Assembly (NCBI GenBank): GCA_965240325.2
Contig: OZ251250.1
Coordinates: 930,001-994,000 of the forward strand
DNA length: 64,000 nucleotides
Direction of reading: 5' to 3'
Source: Rebecca billardiae RCC1528
Taxonomy: Eukaryota > Protista > Haptophyta
Positions within the stretch are counted from its first letter, which is position 1, and every line of letters begins with the position of its first letter. The position numbers were made by a program, and so were the translations under genes. Of this stretch, positions 35,147 to 46,461 are shown in pieces. Below the pieces are notes generated by a model, which was not told the DNA's origin, searched no databases, and saw only the letters and a list, made by a program, of their open reading frames with translations.

Positions 35147-35426
35147 AGATTCTTTTGAATAGCGCTTGCGAAAAGAAGTTACCCGCCTGTCTCGATGGAT
35201 GAACCGCCTCATGGTATTGAAGAGATTCTTTTGAATAGCGCTTTTAAACCAAGTTACCCACCTGTCTCGTTGGATGAACCTCCTCATCGTATTGAAGAGA
35301 TTCTTTTGAATATAGCGCTATTTAAAGCCAGTTACCCGCTTGCCTCGATGGATGAACCGCCTTGATAATATTGAATAAAGATATTCTTTTGAATAGCGCT
35401 TGTCACAACCAAGTTACCCGCCTGTC
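35147..35426. repeat. Minisatellite, ~75-83-bp unit, ~3.6 copies
   Basis: Unit AGATTCTTTTGAATAGCGCT-(variable ~8-10 bp)-AGTTACCCGCCTGTCTCGATGGATGAACCGCCTCATnGTATTGAAG starting at 35147, 35223, 35298 and ~35379. Confidence 0.9.
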
Positions 35427-38400
35427 AGCTGTCTCGTGCTCGCGAGCGGCGCGACGACATCGGCCCGAGCGAGGATGCCGCCTTCAAAGGCGCGCACCGA
35501 GTGCGTGCGCGACGGGTGCCGGCCGGCCGCTGGTCTCGACCTATCGCCCTCGGCCCTCCCCGAGCGCGCCTGCAGGTACCTCCGGACGCGCATTCGGCTT
35601 GCTCACTCGATCAGCTCACTCACAGCTGCCGGTCAAGCAGCCCGGCGCGGCGGCCCCGCGACCAGGTCCGCGGCCCAAAGTGTGTGTGCGCGCCGCGCCG
35701 GTGCCCTCGCGCCGGTGGCGTGGGCTGGCTGGCCGCTGGTCTCGCCCACGCGCCCCACTCGCCCCAAGCGCGCAACGCCTGCGGGAAGCGCCGGCACCAT
35801 ACCTACCTAACCTGCGCGTCGACGCCCGTCCCGCCGCGGCCCGCGCCTCGATCGATCGTCGATCGGACCGCGTGCGTGGCGACTCCGTCCGCGCCCGCGC
35901 GCAGGGTGGGAGGGGCTGATGCAGGAGCAGATGCAGGACTACCTCGAAATTGCACGCGACGAGGAGGTGCCCAGCGCGCACTTTACGCTGCGCGCATCAT
36001 CGAGTGGTCGCCCAGCGAGCGCGGCAGCTGGCCACCGCCGCCGGGCCGGCTGACGGCGGGCGCAGCTGCCAGCTGCGGACGCGCAGCGGGCGCGGAGTGG
36101 AAGCCGGCGCAGCGGGCGGGCAGCGGCGGCCGGCGCGGCAGCACGCTCGTATACATCGCGGCAGCTACCGCCGTCGTGCGGGGAAAGCACACGCTCTCGG
36201 CGGCTTCCAAGATGCCGACGGGCCACCGGGCGTGCACTCCGTGCAGGCTGCGTCGGGACTGCCTGCGAGTGGCAGTGTTTGTGGCGGGCTGCGTGCCGAG
36301 GCACACACCATCGCCCGCCACCGAGCATGCCACCGTCGTCACACGGGAGCCCTCCGCCGTCGAGGCTGGACTATCAGCCAACGCCACCGCCGGAGCTTGC
36401 CGCGTTCGGCGGCTTCCGTGCTCGTACTCCGCGTGTCACCGGTCGTCGTATGCCCACCCGCGTGAGGCCGCCACCAGTCCATGACTACCGCAGCTGCAGC
36501 CCATGCCGCCGACGATGCCTCCTACCATCTTCTCGCCAGGCAGCAATACGATAGGTTCACCGACGCTGCTGCTAGGCTGAGAGCACTCAGCCAGTTGGCC
36601 GGCGAGACGTCAGATGGTTGAGCTGCTGGCCTTAGGCCTAGCCATCACGTTGCGGCTTCCGCTCGCTCAAGTACACCCAACGTAACGACGAGAACGTGCC
36701 GGGCAATCATCAGACATGCGTCTGAGGGGTCTACTACGCCTAGCCGTAGAGTTGCTGAGTACGAGTCTTCGCAGACCACAAGCGGAACGAGTGGGACCAC
36801 CCGATGGCAGGAGCAACAGCGTGGGGTGGCACCCGCGCCTGTCAACGCGACCGCGTTCTGTCAAGAATGGACCCATATCCTGCGATCACCCTCGAGCACC
36901 GCATGCTATGCCCACACTCGGCATAGGGAAGGATCGCTGAGCGCCTGCTGCCGCTGTCAAAGGCCCTGCTTATCTTCCTGGCGCTGGATCGTGCGCACGG
37001 ATGGCAAGTCGGCGTGCTCGCCGCACATCGCGGCGGCTTCTCAGCATCCCAAGTCCTCAGTGCACCCATCCTAGGCCTGCTGGTCGATGATTGGTACCAA
37101 CCCCCACCAAACACGCCCTCTCGGAAGTCGCCAATCGCTTACATGGCTCCCCGAGAGCCCGGGGCTGGCTGTCGTGCGTTCTCACGAGCAGCTTGCGCAC
37201 AGCCCAAATGTCACCTTCACGGTGCGTTGAGCTGCTCAAGATGGCGGGAGCGTCAAGAGCATGCCCGTGCACGACACTGACCCATGCCTCCCGTCGCCTG
37301 ACCCGCATGTGGCAAAAACTGACCCTGCTCGAAGGCACGGGTCGAACACCCGCCGATCGTTTCAAGTTGTCTGTACGCGTCTAGCCGGGCGAGAGTCAAA
37401 CATGCGGGCACGTGCCAGGCGGGGGATGTGTGACCACGGATCCCATCCGTGAGCACGCGCAAAGCGCTGGAGCACGCGATAGGTGTTGGCTGTGGTCTAC
37501 CCGACACACGGCGGCTCGGTCGCGCTGGAGAGGCGCTCCGACATCGTCGGGAGCGTTCAGATCGGACCTCGTATCGGCCGGCGGCCCGGCGATTTTCCCG
37601 AGCCGCGCCCCGCGCGAAAAGAAATCAGGCCAGAAAACCCGGTAAATGTTTAAAAGACCGCTGGAAAATCGCCAGGGACCCACCTACGGTACTCGGGCCG
37701 GTCCGACTACCCGGGTCCGACCCCGCGTCAGCCGTCACGACCCGCGTGGCGCGTTGCGTCGGCCATATCGATCGATGAAATTATCAATCGCCCATCAAAT
37801 CCCAATAAATACTACTACTACTACTGATGCGCCGCTGTCAATCTACGCCTTAACCAAGTGGCAAGTGCCGTGCACGTGGCGCCGGTGGCTGGCCGCTGGG
37901 CCTTATGCTGAGTCGCGGCACGGCATCCGTGCCTCTGGACGGGCATTGAGCGGTGGCGAGGTCGCCAAATGGCGTGGCGTGGTCCCAGACAAGGTTGTTA
38001 CTAGTCCGGATCAGCTCGCTAGCCATGTCGGTCGATGATCGCCTCGCCTTTGACAGGCGCGCACACGCTGCACACGTATTCGTACGGCACTGCCGTGTCG
38101 GACGGCGGTCGCACGACTACCGCGCAGTCAACATTGATCGTTGATCGTCAGACTCGCGGTGTGTTGGGTCAGACGGAACATTGACTGGTCTGCACCGTCG
38201 CAAGGCATACCAAAGAGGTCGGCATGGCCGTCGGAACAGTGATCCTGGTCCCTACTTGCCCATTCTTCCCATGCGCAGCCTCACGCGCGCGCCGGTCGCA
38301 CGAGGACGTGGACGTGGACGCGGACGCGAGAGTGGTCGAAAAGTCGGAAAGGAAGCTGTCACTCATGTCCATGCGCTCGTACGACCGCACCAACCTGCCT

Positions 38401-38567
38401 ACGCCACGCCCCGGTGACCCGGCCGTGGCGCTGGGGCCTTGGATCGCCGTGGGACGGGCATTCACGCCCGCCATGGCTTCCTTTCCGAGGCCGAAAGAAA
38501 GCTGGTGGCTCGTGGCTCCTTTCTGCAAGGAGAAGGTGGCTGCACGAGTTGTAGAGTGCACGCGGTC

Positions 38568-39866
38568 ATGACGCACAACAAGCAGCAGTGTGATCACGAG
38601 GGCTGCACCAAGCAGCCTTCATTCGGCCTGCCGGGGGACGTGCGCGCCAGCCGGTGCGCTGCGCACAAGCTGGGCGGCATGGTTGACCTGAGGCACCCCA
38701 AGTGTGATCACGAGGGCTGCACGACGCGGCCTTCATTCGGCATGCCGGGCGAGACGCGCGCCAGCCATTGCAATGCGCACAAGCTGGCCGGCATGGTTGA
38801 TGTGGTGAGCCGCAAGTGCGATAACGAGGGCTGCACCAAGAAGCCGGAATTCGGCATGCTGGGCGACACGCGCGCCAGCAGGTGCGCTGTGCACAAGCTG
38901 GCTGGCATGGTTCACCTGATGAACCGCAAGTGTGATCACGACGGCTGCACCAAGCAGCCTTACTTCGGCAAGCCGGGCGACACGCGCGCCAGCCGGTGCG
39001 CTGCGCACAAGCTGGCTGGCATGCTCGACCTGAAGCATCGCATGTGTGATCACGAGGGCTGCTCCACGCGGCCGGCGTTCGGCAGGCCGGGTGACGCGCA
39101 CGCCAGCCGGTGCGCTGCGCACAAGCTGGCTGGCATGCTCGACCTGAAGCACCGCAAGTGTGATCACGAGGGCTGCGACAAGCTGCCGGTATTCGGCATG
39201 CCGGGGGACGCGCGCTCTAGCCGATGCGCTGCGCACAAGCTGGCCGGCATGGTTGATGTGGTGAGCCGCAAGTGTGATCACGAGGGCTGCACCAAGCAGC
39301 CTTTGTTCGGCATGTCGGGCGACGCGCGCGCCAGCCGGTGCGCTGCGCACAAGCTGGCCGGCATGGTCGACCTGAAGCATCGCAAGTGTGATCACGAGGG
39401 CTGCACCACGCGGCCGGCGTTCGGCATGCCAGGCGGCGCGCACGCCAGCCGGTGCGCTGTGCACAAGCTGGCCGGCATGGTCGACGTGAAGAGCCGCACG
39501 TGTGATCACGAGGGCTGCACAACGGTGCCTTCATTCGGCATGCCCGGCGACGCGCGCGCCAGCCGGTGCGCCGTGCACAAGTTGGCCGGCATGAAGGGCA
39601 TTCGGAGTGGTGCGCATAAGCGCCGGCGGGAGCAAGACACGGGCACCAACGTCAACGCCTCAACTAGCCGAACAACCACTGCCTCTGACGTCGCAGCGCG
39701 GCACGGCCAGCGATTTCGGAGTCACGGTCGCCGGAGTCCGACTCCGCCGCAGCTGCCGATGGCGGTCGCAGCCAGCGTCACAGACACAGTCACAGTATCG
39801 ACGCCGTCGTCGTCGCATGTACGACCTGTGGTGATGGCCAGGCGGGTCTCGAAAAGGGCCCGATGA
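38568..39866 (+). CDS. EsV-1-7-type cysteine-rich repeat protein, copy B (9 repeats)
   Basis: ATG 38568; nine 38-aa units from 38589 (CDHEGCxxxPxFGMPGDARASRCAAHKLAGMVDxxxRK), then basic tail KGIRSGAHKRRREQ...HVRPVVMARRV homologous to copy A. Confidence 0.88.
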   Translation: MTHNKQQCDHEGCTKQPSFGLPGDVRASRCAAHKLGGMVDLRHPKCDHEGCTTRPSFGMPGETRASHCNAHKLAGMVDVVSRKCDNEGCTKKPEFGMLGDTRASRCAVHKLAGMVHLMNRKCDHDGCTKQPYFGKPGDTRASRCAAHKLAGMLDLKHRMCDHEGCSTRPAFGRPGDAHASRCAAHKLAGMLDLKHRKCDHEGCDKLPVFGMPGDARSSRCAAHKLAGMVDVVSRKCDHEGCTKQPLFGMSGDARASRCAAHKLAGMVDLKHRKCDHEGCTTRPAFGMPGGAHASRCAVHKLAGMVDVKSRTCDHEGCTTVPSFGMPGDARASRCAVHKLAGMKGIRSGAHKRRREQDTGTNVNASTSRTTTASDVAARHGQRFRSHGRRSPTPPQLPMAVAASVTDTVTVSTPSSSHVRPVVMARRVSKRAR

Positions 39867-40170
39867 GTCTCCGCGACTGGCGGTCGTCGGCGTAGTGGCC
39901 GAGCACTCATTATTATTCCATCCATTATTTCCAAGGTTATTGGTCTCAGACTCTCAGACTCTCACTATACTTTTTAAATAAACAATCAGTCCGGGTATAC
40001 GGACACTATTGACTATAGTGCGCCTAGTACTGTCTTTCCGAATTGTAATAGCAGGAGTCACTGGCTCTGGAATATATAATTAATAATGACCGCGTTCCGC
40101 GGTCCCGTTCCGTAGAACCAACGTAGTTAGGGGCCCGCGGTGCACCCTCCGTCGGCATATGCTGTCCGTC

Positions 40171-41050
40171 CAACGCGCGGCCGTAGCGGCAGCAGCAGCG
40201 CGGAGCGCCGTCGAGCACGCGCGGCAAACGAATAATGGAATATTATGCAGCGCGGGCGAGTCGACGGTCAGTGGAAAATGCGCGATCACGCCATGCAGCA
40301 GGCTGGCAGAGCCCGCCCCGAGCTGCAGCATGCGCCGTAGGTGCTGCCCCAAGCTCTCGACTGCCCGTAAGCGGCGGCATGTGCGGCGGCGCCGGCGGCG
40401 GCCATGCTGCCCCGCCGTTGCGCGCCGCGGGGCGCTGCCAGCACCTCCGTGGTGAAGCGCACAGCGCTCGAGCCCACAGGGGCTGGCGACCGTCAATCAA
40501 ACCGACACCCCATCAGTGACACGGGCCGGGGCTGCGTGTGCCAGCTGCACGCACCCCCTGGGCCCACCTGGCCCGCTCGAGCAGCTCGCGCCTTGGGTGC
40601 GCACAGCGGCTCGAGTATACTGGTATGGGACGCCTGCTGCGGTGCCGCCGAGCGAGCACGTGCGGCCGAGGGTCACGCAGCACGGGCGACTCGACGGCGG
40701 CGAGCAGGCGCGACGGCCTCGCCGCGCCGCGGTAGAGCCTGCCCGGGCTGCAGCACGCCGTAGGAGCAGCCCAGCGCCCTCCTCCGCCCTCCAGCTTCGG
40801 CGCGCGCAGCAGGCCCGGCGGCGGACATGCTGGCGTGCCCAAGCAAGCAGGCAGATGGGCGCTGCCGGCCGCGCCGTCGCAAAGCGCGCAGAACTCGAGC
40901 TCGGGGGGGCGGACGGCCGTCAAACTGGCGCCGCAGGACGTGGCACTGCGTGCGCCAGCTGCGCGCACCCGCTGCGCCCGCGTAGCCCGTGCGAGCGCCG
41001 CGCCTCGAGCACACGCCGCAGCAGCTCGACACAGCCACTGCAGCGCGCAC
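40171..41050 (+). repeat. Dispersed repeat, copy 2 (partner at 1708-2545)
   Basis: Colinear direct similarity to 1708-2545 with small insertions. Confidence 0.9.
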
Positions 41051-42253
41051 GCACTGTAGGTTAGCTGTATCTCTGTTTGTGCCACTGGACAGGCATGTGA
41101 GCACTTGATTGCCTGGCTAGATGTGGTCTAGCACAGCCCACTCCCTGGCCATTCTGACGAGTGGGTGGCTGCTTGGCCAGCTCTCCATGCTGGGCTGTGG
41201 TGCCATCCAGAGTGCGCATGTGCAGCAGCCCAGGTGGGTGCAGCGAGGGGTGCGGCAGGCAGCAGTGGGTGGTCAGCTTGAAAATCCATGCAGGCCAGCC
41301 ACCAGCAGCTGGGCTGCAGAGCTCTTGGCTGCACCAGCCCCACTCCAGCCCCCTCAAGTCGGGTGGCTGGCCACCCTCGGGGTGTGTCAGCGGGTGCTGC
41401 TGCTGGCCTCCCAGTGCAGGGGAGCTGACCCGACAGGTCCTTGCGCAGGTGGGGGTGCGGGATTGGGCACTGTGCCACAGCAGCTGCATCCCATGAGCTC
41501 CCCCCCAGGTGGCATGCAGCCCACCCTAGGGGGTACCAGATCCACTGCCAAGCACAATTTAGGCCTGGCCTGTGTGGGCACACGGCCCGCGACCAGTGAC
41601 GACAAGCCTGCGGCAGGGCGGTCAGATCTGGCCAGCTGCGACAGGCTGTACGCCTGCAGCCGTGTGACCTGCTGGTGTGCCCAACTCCAGCCCACGCGCG
41701 CTGGGGCTGACGCGCTGGGTCGAAACCGTCGTGCACGGGCCGTGGGGGCCGCCTGGGTCAGCCCAGGGGGGCAGGGTGAGCCGTGGCGTGCAGCTCAGTC
41801 AGAATGTGATGACGTTTAATATTGTTGCTGAGACCCCTGATGTAGCAGCACTCTGCGGTTTAAAAATACTAACCCGGTCATCGTTACACTGGCCGGCGGC
41901 GCGGCGCAGCCGTCAGACTCAGAGTGCCGCAGCGGCCCGCAGCGGGTGTGCGGCTGTCTCACACTGTGTCGATCTGCCTGTCTGGTACTCTCCTCCGGAC
42001 TGCGCCGCCATCGTTACTCGGCGGGCACTCGCGTCAGGATCGCGTGAGGCGAGTGCGATGGCGGAGAGTACCAGCCAGGGCTGATTGATGTCGCCGTGGG
42101 GCTCTGCTCGTAGAATCAAAACAGGCCGCCGTTATTTGGCGGCGGCAGTGTTTGCGGCGGCCTGCCGTGACGATCGGTCGATCCGGATGCGCGACACGTT
42201 ACCAACGGGCGGTGCTGCCGATCCACGCTCGCTCGGCCACGATCGTTCGCACC

Positions 42254-44261
42254 TCACAGCAACGCCTGCGCCGCGCTGCGCGCCCGCCGCTGCTCGGCGG
42301 CCAATCGGCAGCCGCGCACGGCCGGCGCGGCGTCGCCGCCGCGCGTGGCGCCCGGCGGCATCAGCGGCGGTGGCGCGGCATGCGCGAGCCGGCGCGCGGC
42401 GCGAGCGGCCAGCGCGACGAGAACGAGCGCACCGCCGCCGAGCGCCAGGCACGCGCCCGCCCCGAGGCGCGCGGCGCGCGGGCGCGGCTCATCAGCCCGC
42501 GTTGCGCCGCCCGCGGTGGCACGCAGCGGCGCGGCCGAGCGCGCAGCGGCCGGCTGCGGCCAGCGGTGCGTCGCGTGCTGACCCCAGCCGGCGCGCGGCG
42601 GCGGCGGCGTGGAATCGGGCGCGGGGGGCGGCAGCGGCGAGAGGTAGAAGGGCGGCGGCGGCGGCGGCGGCGCCGGGCTGGGCGGCGGTCGCGGCATGGG
42701 CGGTGGCGGTCGCGGCGGCTGCGGCGAGGGCGGTGGGCGCGGCGAGGGCGGCGGCGGGCGCGGCGGCGTCGGGCTGGGCGGCGGTTGCGGCGTGGGCGGC
42801 GGCGGGCGTGGTGGGTGCGGCGAGGGCGGTGGGCGCGGCGAGGGCGGTGGCGAATGCGGCGGGTGCGGCGACGGCGGCGGCGCGTTGGGCGGGTGCGGCT
42901 CGGGCGGCGGCTCGCGTGGCGGTGGCGGCGGCGGCCGATTGGGCAGCGGCGGCGGCGCGCGCGGCGGCGCGCCGGGCGGCGGCGGCCGCGGCGGCGGCGG
43001 CGGCGGCGCGGGCGAGGGCGGCGGCGGCGAGGGCGGCGGCGGCGGCGCGGGCGAGGGCGGCGGCGGCGCGGGCGGCGGCGCGGGCGGCGGGCGCGCCGGC
43101 GGGCTCGGCGGCGGCCCCCTCGGCGGCGCGGGCGGCGGCGAGCGCGCATGCCAGCAGCACGCCGAGCCCGTCCAGCTGTGCCCCAGCCCCTTGCACTCCG
43201 CACGGTCCACGTCCGCCCGGCACACGACGTCTGAGCCGGGTACGCAGCAGTGGGTCCCGGTGAAGCGGCCGCGGCACTCCTCGCCCGTGCCGCGCACGCA
43301 GGTCATCGGCCCCGGGCTGTCGAGGCAGCACAGCGCGCCCGTCCACTTGCCTGCGCACGCCGCGGCGTGGCGGCGGCAGCGGGGGCGGCGGCAGCGCAGG
43401 GCGGCGGGGCGGGGGCGGCCGCGTCGGCGGCGCGGGCGCGCGGCGCGGCGCGGCGCGGCGTGGCGCGGCGCGGAGGCGGGCGCGCTCGGCCGCGCACCGA
43501 CGAAGACGCAGATCGGGTGCGTGGACTCGACGCACTGCATGTGGCGCGAGCCTCTCACGCAGCACAGCTCCCGCTCCACGTCCCACCGCGCCTCGTCCGC
43601 GCGCTTCCCGCCCTCCCCCTCGCACAGCTGGCGCGTGCCGGCTGCGCAATGTTCGACCGAGAAGTCCCACGCGGCCGGGTCGGTGCAGCAATGGCTGCCG
43701 GTCCACAGCTGGTCGGTGCCCTGTGGGCGGGCGTGGGGCGGGGGCGAGGGGGCGGGCGGAGGGCGCGGCGACGCGCGGGGTGGGCGGTGCTGCTGCCGCT
43801 GATTGCGTTGCGTGCGCGTGCGCCGGCGCGGCGCGCAGCGGCGCATCGGCCGCGGGGGCGACGGCGCCGCGCTGGGCTGGCGCGCCGCCGGCGCGTCGGC
43901 TCAGCCCTCCCTCCCTGTGTGCCCTCCCTCCCTGTGCACTCCAGCTCTCACTCACCGTGCACGCTGTGTGGTCCCAGCCGCTGGCGTCGTCGGCCTCGTC
44001 GGCGAGGCGTCGTCGTCCCGGGGGGTGACGAAGCGTGCCGTGCGCCGCCGCGCCCGACGGCAGCGTGCGCCCGGCGAGCCCTCGCCAGCCGCTGCCGCGC
44101 GCGAGCAGCGCGCGCGAGCGCGGCTCGGCGGGCTCGGCGGCCAAGGGCGTGGCGCCGGCCGCGCGCGGCGCCGGCGGGCTTGGCTGGCGACGGCGGAGCA
44201 GCGCGCCGAGCCGCCTGCGCGCGGATGGCCCGCCGGGTCTGTGCCGCTTTCGCCCGCCGCC

Positions 44262-44292
<31 letters not shown>

Positions 44293-44825
44293 CCGAAGAG
44301 TCCGGATGCGGGCCAGTGGAAGGCGGCCGCCTGCGTCTCGTTGCGCCCGCACGCGCAGCACGCGACCTCGGGCCAGTTGGAGGGCTCGCCGCCGAGCTCG
44401 GGGCGCGCGAGGGCGCGGTGGGCGCACAGCCCCTGCGCCACGTACTCCGCGCAGCCGCGGCCGTCCGGGTCCTCCCAGTCCGGCCGGTCCTGGCACCTGT
44501 GCTCGCAGCGCATGGCGGCCGTGCCCTCCAGGCAGCACATGGCGCCCGTCCAGGTGCCACGGCCCATGTGGTTGCAGTCGAGGTGCGTGCCGGGCATGCA
44601 GCGCACCTCGGTGCCCTGCAGCTCGCCCGACACGCAGCACTGCCGCGTCGCCGCGTCCCAGTTCGCGTTGCGCAGAAAGGCGCACAGCAGGTGCATCCCG
44701 TCTGCGCAGCCCTCGGACGCGCCCGGCACGAGGAAGGAGGTGGAGGCGGTGCGGAGCAGCGCGAGCGCGGCGAGGAGGACGGGGCGCAATGACGCGTGCG
44801 CAGCCGCACGCGCGCGCCGCGTCAT
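42254..44825 (-). CDS. Type I membrane/surface protein with Cys-rich modules and a poly-Pro stalk
   Basis: Signal-like LRPVLLAALALLRTAS; repeated (W/F)TGxxCC modules; CQDRPDWEDPDGRGCAEY..C..ACCACG module; long PPSPPPP region; C-terminal hydrophobic segment. GT-AG introns 43721-43955 and 43351-43497 join the frames. Confidence 0.75.
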
Positions 44826-45165
44826 GCCCGGCGCCGCGCGCGGTTGCCGGCGCCGGGTGCGAGCGCGCCGGCGCCGCCGCAGCGGTGAGCAGCCACGGAT
44901 TGCTGCGGCCTGCTGGCCTGCTCAAAAAGGGCGCGGTCCTTTTTGATACTGCAGCCGCGGAGAACTTACCCGGCTATCCAGTGGGATCTCCCGAGCTGTG
45001 ATCATCAAGCAAGCGCCAAGCGGTGGTCAAGAGTCCGGAAGACGAAGGGCGTCATGGTCATCTCGAGCCCCTCCGCCGCCCCAGCGCACAAGCTGCTTGA
45101 ACGCTTCGCAGACCTTGCGGCCGCCCCCCGCTAACCGCGAGCGGGGCAGCTTGGCGAGGGCGCGC

Positions 45166-45604
45166 ATGGACGAGCTGGCGCAGCCGGAGGCGGGTGCGCC
45201 CGCGGCGAGCGACGGCGACAAGTCGGACTGGAAGCCACGGCTCTCCTCCGAGGACATCGAGTGCACCGAGTGCATCTGCGGCTACTCGTGCGGCACGTCG
45301 GCCGCGCTTCACAGGTGGGCGGCGCGCACCGCCGCGCCGCGAGCGCGTGAGCCCGAGGCGCGCGCGCGCGCGCGCTCACCGCCCCGCGGCGCGGCACGCC
45401 CCGCGGCGCAGGCACCTCGACAAAAACCCCATCCGCTCGCAGCACGCGGCAAAGTCCGCCTTCCCCGCGCGCGGCAAGCAGTGGCTCGCTCGCGGCTCCG
45501 TGCGCGAGCGCTCTGCGCTGTTCGAGGAGCGCATACAGTCGGTCTCGGCGAACAGCGCGAACACGCTGTCGTCGGAGATGCCCCGCCGGCAATCTGTCGC
45601 ATAG
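45166..45604 (+). CDS. Small protein with a C2H2-like zinc-finger motif, 2 exons
   Basis: Intron 45315-45411 (GTGGGC..GCTCAC..GCAG) joins CTECICGYSCGTSAALHR to HLDKNPIRSQH. Confidence 0.6.
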
Positions 45605-46461
45605 GGCCCGCGGCGGGCCCGCGCACGCGCGCCCGCCGAGGCGGCGGCGCCGCCGCGCGGCGGCGCCGCCTGCCCAGCCCACGCACACGAGCCATGACTC
45701 ATCCGATGCGGGCGTGGGCGGCTCAGTCGAATGTGTGTTCGTGTCGTGCACGCACGCACGCACGCACGCACGCGTGGGCGCTGTCTGACCAGCCACTGGT
45801 GGCGCCGGCGGAGGCTGCGTGCCCGCGCGCCGAGCTGTCGATCCCGAGCTGTCGAGCCGAGCGCCCGACGTCCTGAGCGAGCACGGCCGCGGCAGCTGTG
45901 AGCGTGGACGTTGTGGCCGACCCGCCTTCATCGCAGCCCTCACCATCTGCTGCCGTGCGTGTGCAGCACTCGACGCTGGGCGGCGTGCACGCTAGGTTGC
46001 ACTCGGTCGACACGTGCTCGCTTCAGCGACAACGGGACGGCTGGGGTTGCGTCCTGGCAAGGCTCTTTAGGACTCTTAGGAGCATCTCCCCGCGCAGACG
46101 TGAGACGACGCTGCCGGCTGCGACCTGGCCTTATTTGATCATATTACATATATATATATAGTGATTAATATATTATATTGATCGTCACTACTACCGTTCA
46201 GACCCGCGGGACGATATAGACTATAATCTATATAGTCGATCGGACGACTTTACACGGACGGACGAGGTCCGCCACTGGCGCCAGTCATCCGGCGCGACTA
46301 CCGTCACCGAACTCGCTCACAGTCACGCTGCGCGCCTGCGGCACCGCCCTGCCGGCCCTGCGCCGTGCCGCACTGGCGCCCGCCACTGGCACGGGCACTG
46401 GGCGCCGAGAGGCGAGACGACGTGGTTTTGCCGCCCCCGCCGGCCCTAGTTTACTGTTTAG

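Noticed and set aside
35147-35426. CRISPR array
   Set aside because: The variable part is only ~8-10 bp, units are degenerate tandem copies, the context is eukaryotic and there are no cas genes.
35919-38560. Protein-coding gene(s) upstream of repeat gene B
   Set aside because: Only short frameshifted fragments with no recognisable domain; probably decayed element DNA.
26800-42000. Endogenous giant virus, Polinton or Fanzor locus
   Set aside because: Despite EsV-1-7-type repeats, no capsid, polymerase, packaging ATPase, integrase or RuvC motifs were recognised.
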